From Chiloscyllium plagiosum (Eukaryota), in contig NC_057711.1 of the NCBI RefSeq assembly GCF_004010195.1, positions 73,303,894-73,367,893 of the forward strand: 64,000 bases of DNA, read 5' to 3'. Under the pieces are notes generated by a model that saw only the letters and a program-made list of their open reading frames with translations, did not search any database and was not told the DNA's origin. This document shows positions 63,373-64,000 of this stretch, piece after piece (within the stretch, counting starts at the first letter, position 1; each line of letters starts with the position of its first letter). A program made the position numbers and the translations under genes.

Positions 63373-63460
63373 AAAAACAAAAATTGCTGGAAAAACTCAA
63401 CCGCATCTGTGGAGAGAAATCAGAGTTAACATTTCAGGTCGAGCGACCCTTCTTCAGAAC
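63373..63460 (-). mobile_element. 88-bp PLE-derived mini-element consisting of an HHR plus pLTR tail
   Basis: 9-bp TSD AGCATGAAC at 63364-63372 and 63461-63469. RNA sense begins GUU-CUGAAGA-A-GGGUC(gcuc)GACCU-GAAA-UGUU-AAC. Confidence 0.72.
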
Positions 63461-63614
63461 AGCATGAACTTGAATCCAGTTCTGATATCTGTAATGAAAT
63501 CTTTCTAACCTGTCATTTTCTCTATTGTATTATTTTCCTTATTTACATTTTACTTTGTGTTAGAAGTATATAAGCAGCCTCTTGTCAAAGTGTTCAGAAC
63601 TGACACAGAATCAA

Positions 63615-64000
63615 AGAGTCATAGAGATAAACAGCATGGAAACAGACCCTTTGGTCCAACTTGTCTATGCTGACCAGATATCCTAAACTAATCTAGTCCC
63701 ATTTGCCAGCATTTGGACCATATCGCTATAAATTCTTCCTATTCATTTACCCATCCAGATGTCTTTTAAATGTTGTAATTGTACCAGCCTCCACCACTTC
63801 CTCTGGCACCTCGTTCCATACATGTCCCACCCTTAGTGAAAAAGTTGCCCCTTAGGTCCCTTTTAAATCTTTCCCCTGTCATCTTAAACCAATGCCCTCT
63901 CGTTTTGGGCCCCCCTACTCTGGAGAAAAGAAGACATTGGCTATTCACCTTATCCATGCCCCTCATGATTTATAAACCTCTATAAGGTCACCCCTCTGCC
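63615..64000 (-). mobile_element. CR1-clade LINE 3' fragment running off the window edge
   Basis: MRGMDKVN...TRGHWFK...FKRDLRGNFFT and the family tail. Confidence 0.85.

Overview
Vertebrate (elasmobranch shark-type) genomic DNA. The window holds the last two exons and 3' UTR of lamin B1 (LMNB1, + strand, ending in the CaaX box CAVM). It also holds, tail-to-tail, the complete 4-exon coding region of the RING-CH E3 ligase MARCHF3 (- strand, 251 aa, C-terminal PDZ-type motif ETIV), the same gene neighbourhood as in human. The rest is mostly layered retroelement debris: CR1-clade LINEs, HE1/V-SINE-type and Deu-type SINEs, Penelope-like elements (PLEs), a decayed Gmr1-like Ty3/Gypsy element, a solo LTR and a Tc2-like MITE. 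The most notable non-genic signals are: (i) many minimal hammerhead-ribozyme (HHR) motifs in PLE termini, including an 88-bp TSD-flanked mobile unit that is essentially ribozyme plus tail; (ii) a near-perfect 372-bp palindrome carrying two HHRs just downstream of the LMNB1 poly(A) site; (iii) a datable chain of local templated insertions; (iv) three miR-23 seed sites at the LMNB1 3' end; and (v) three uATGs immediately before the MARCHF3 start. No new protein-coding system could be supported. All identifications come from reading the sequence; no database searches were run.
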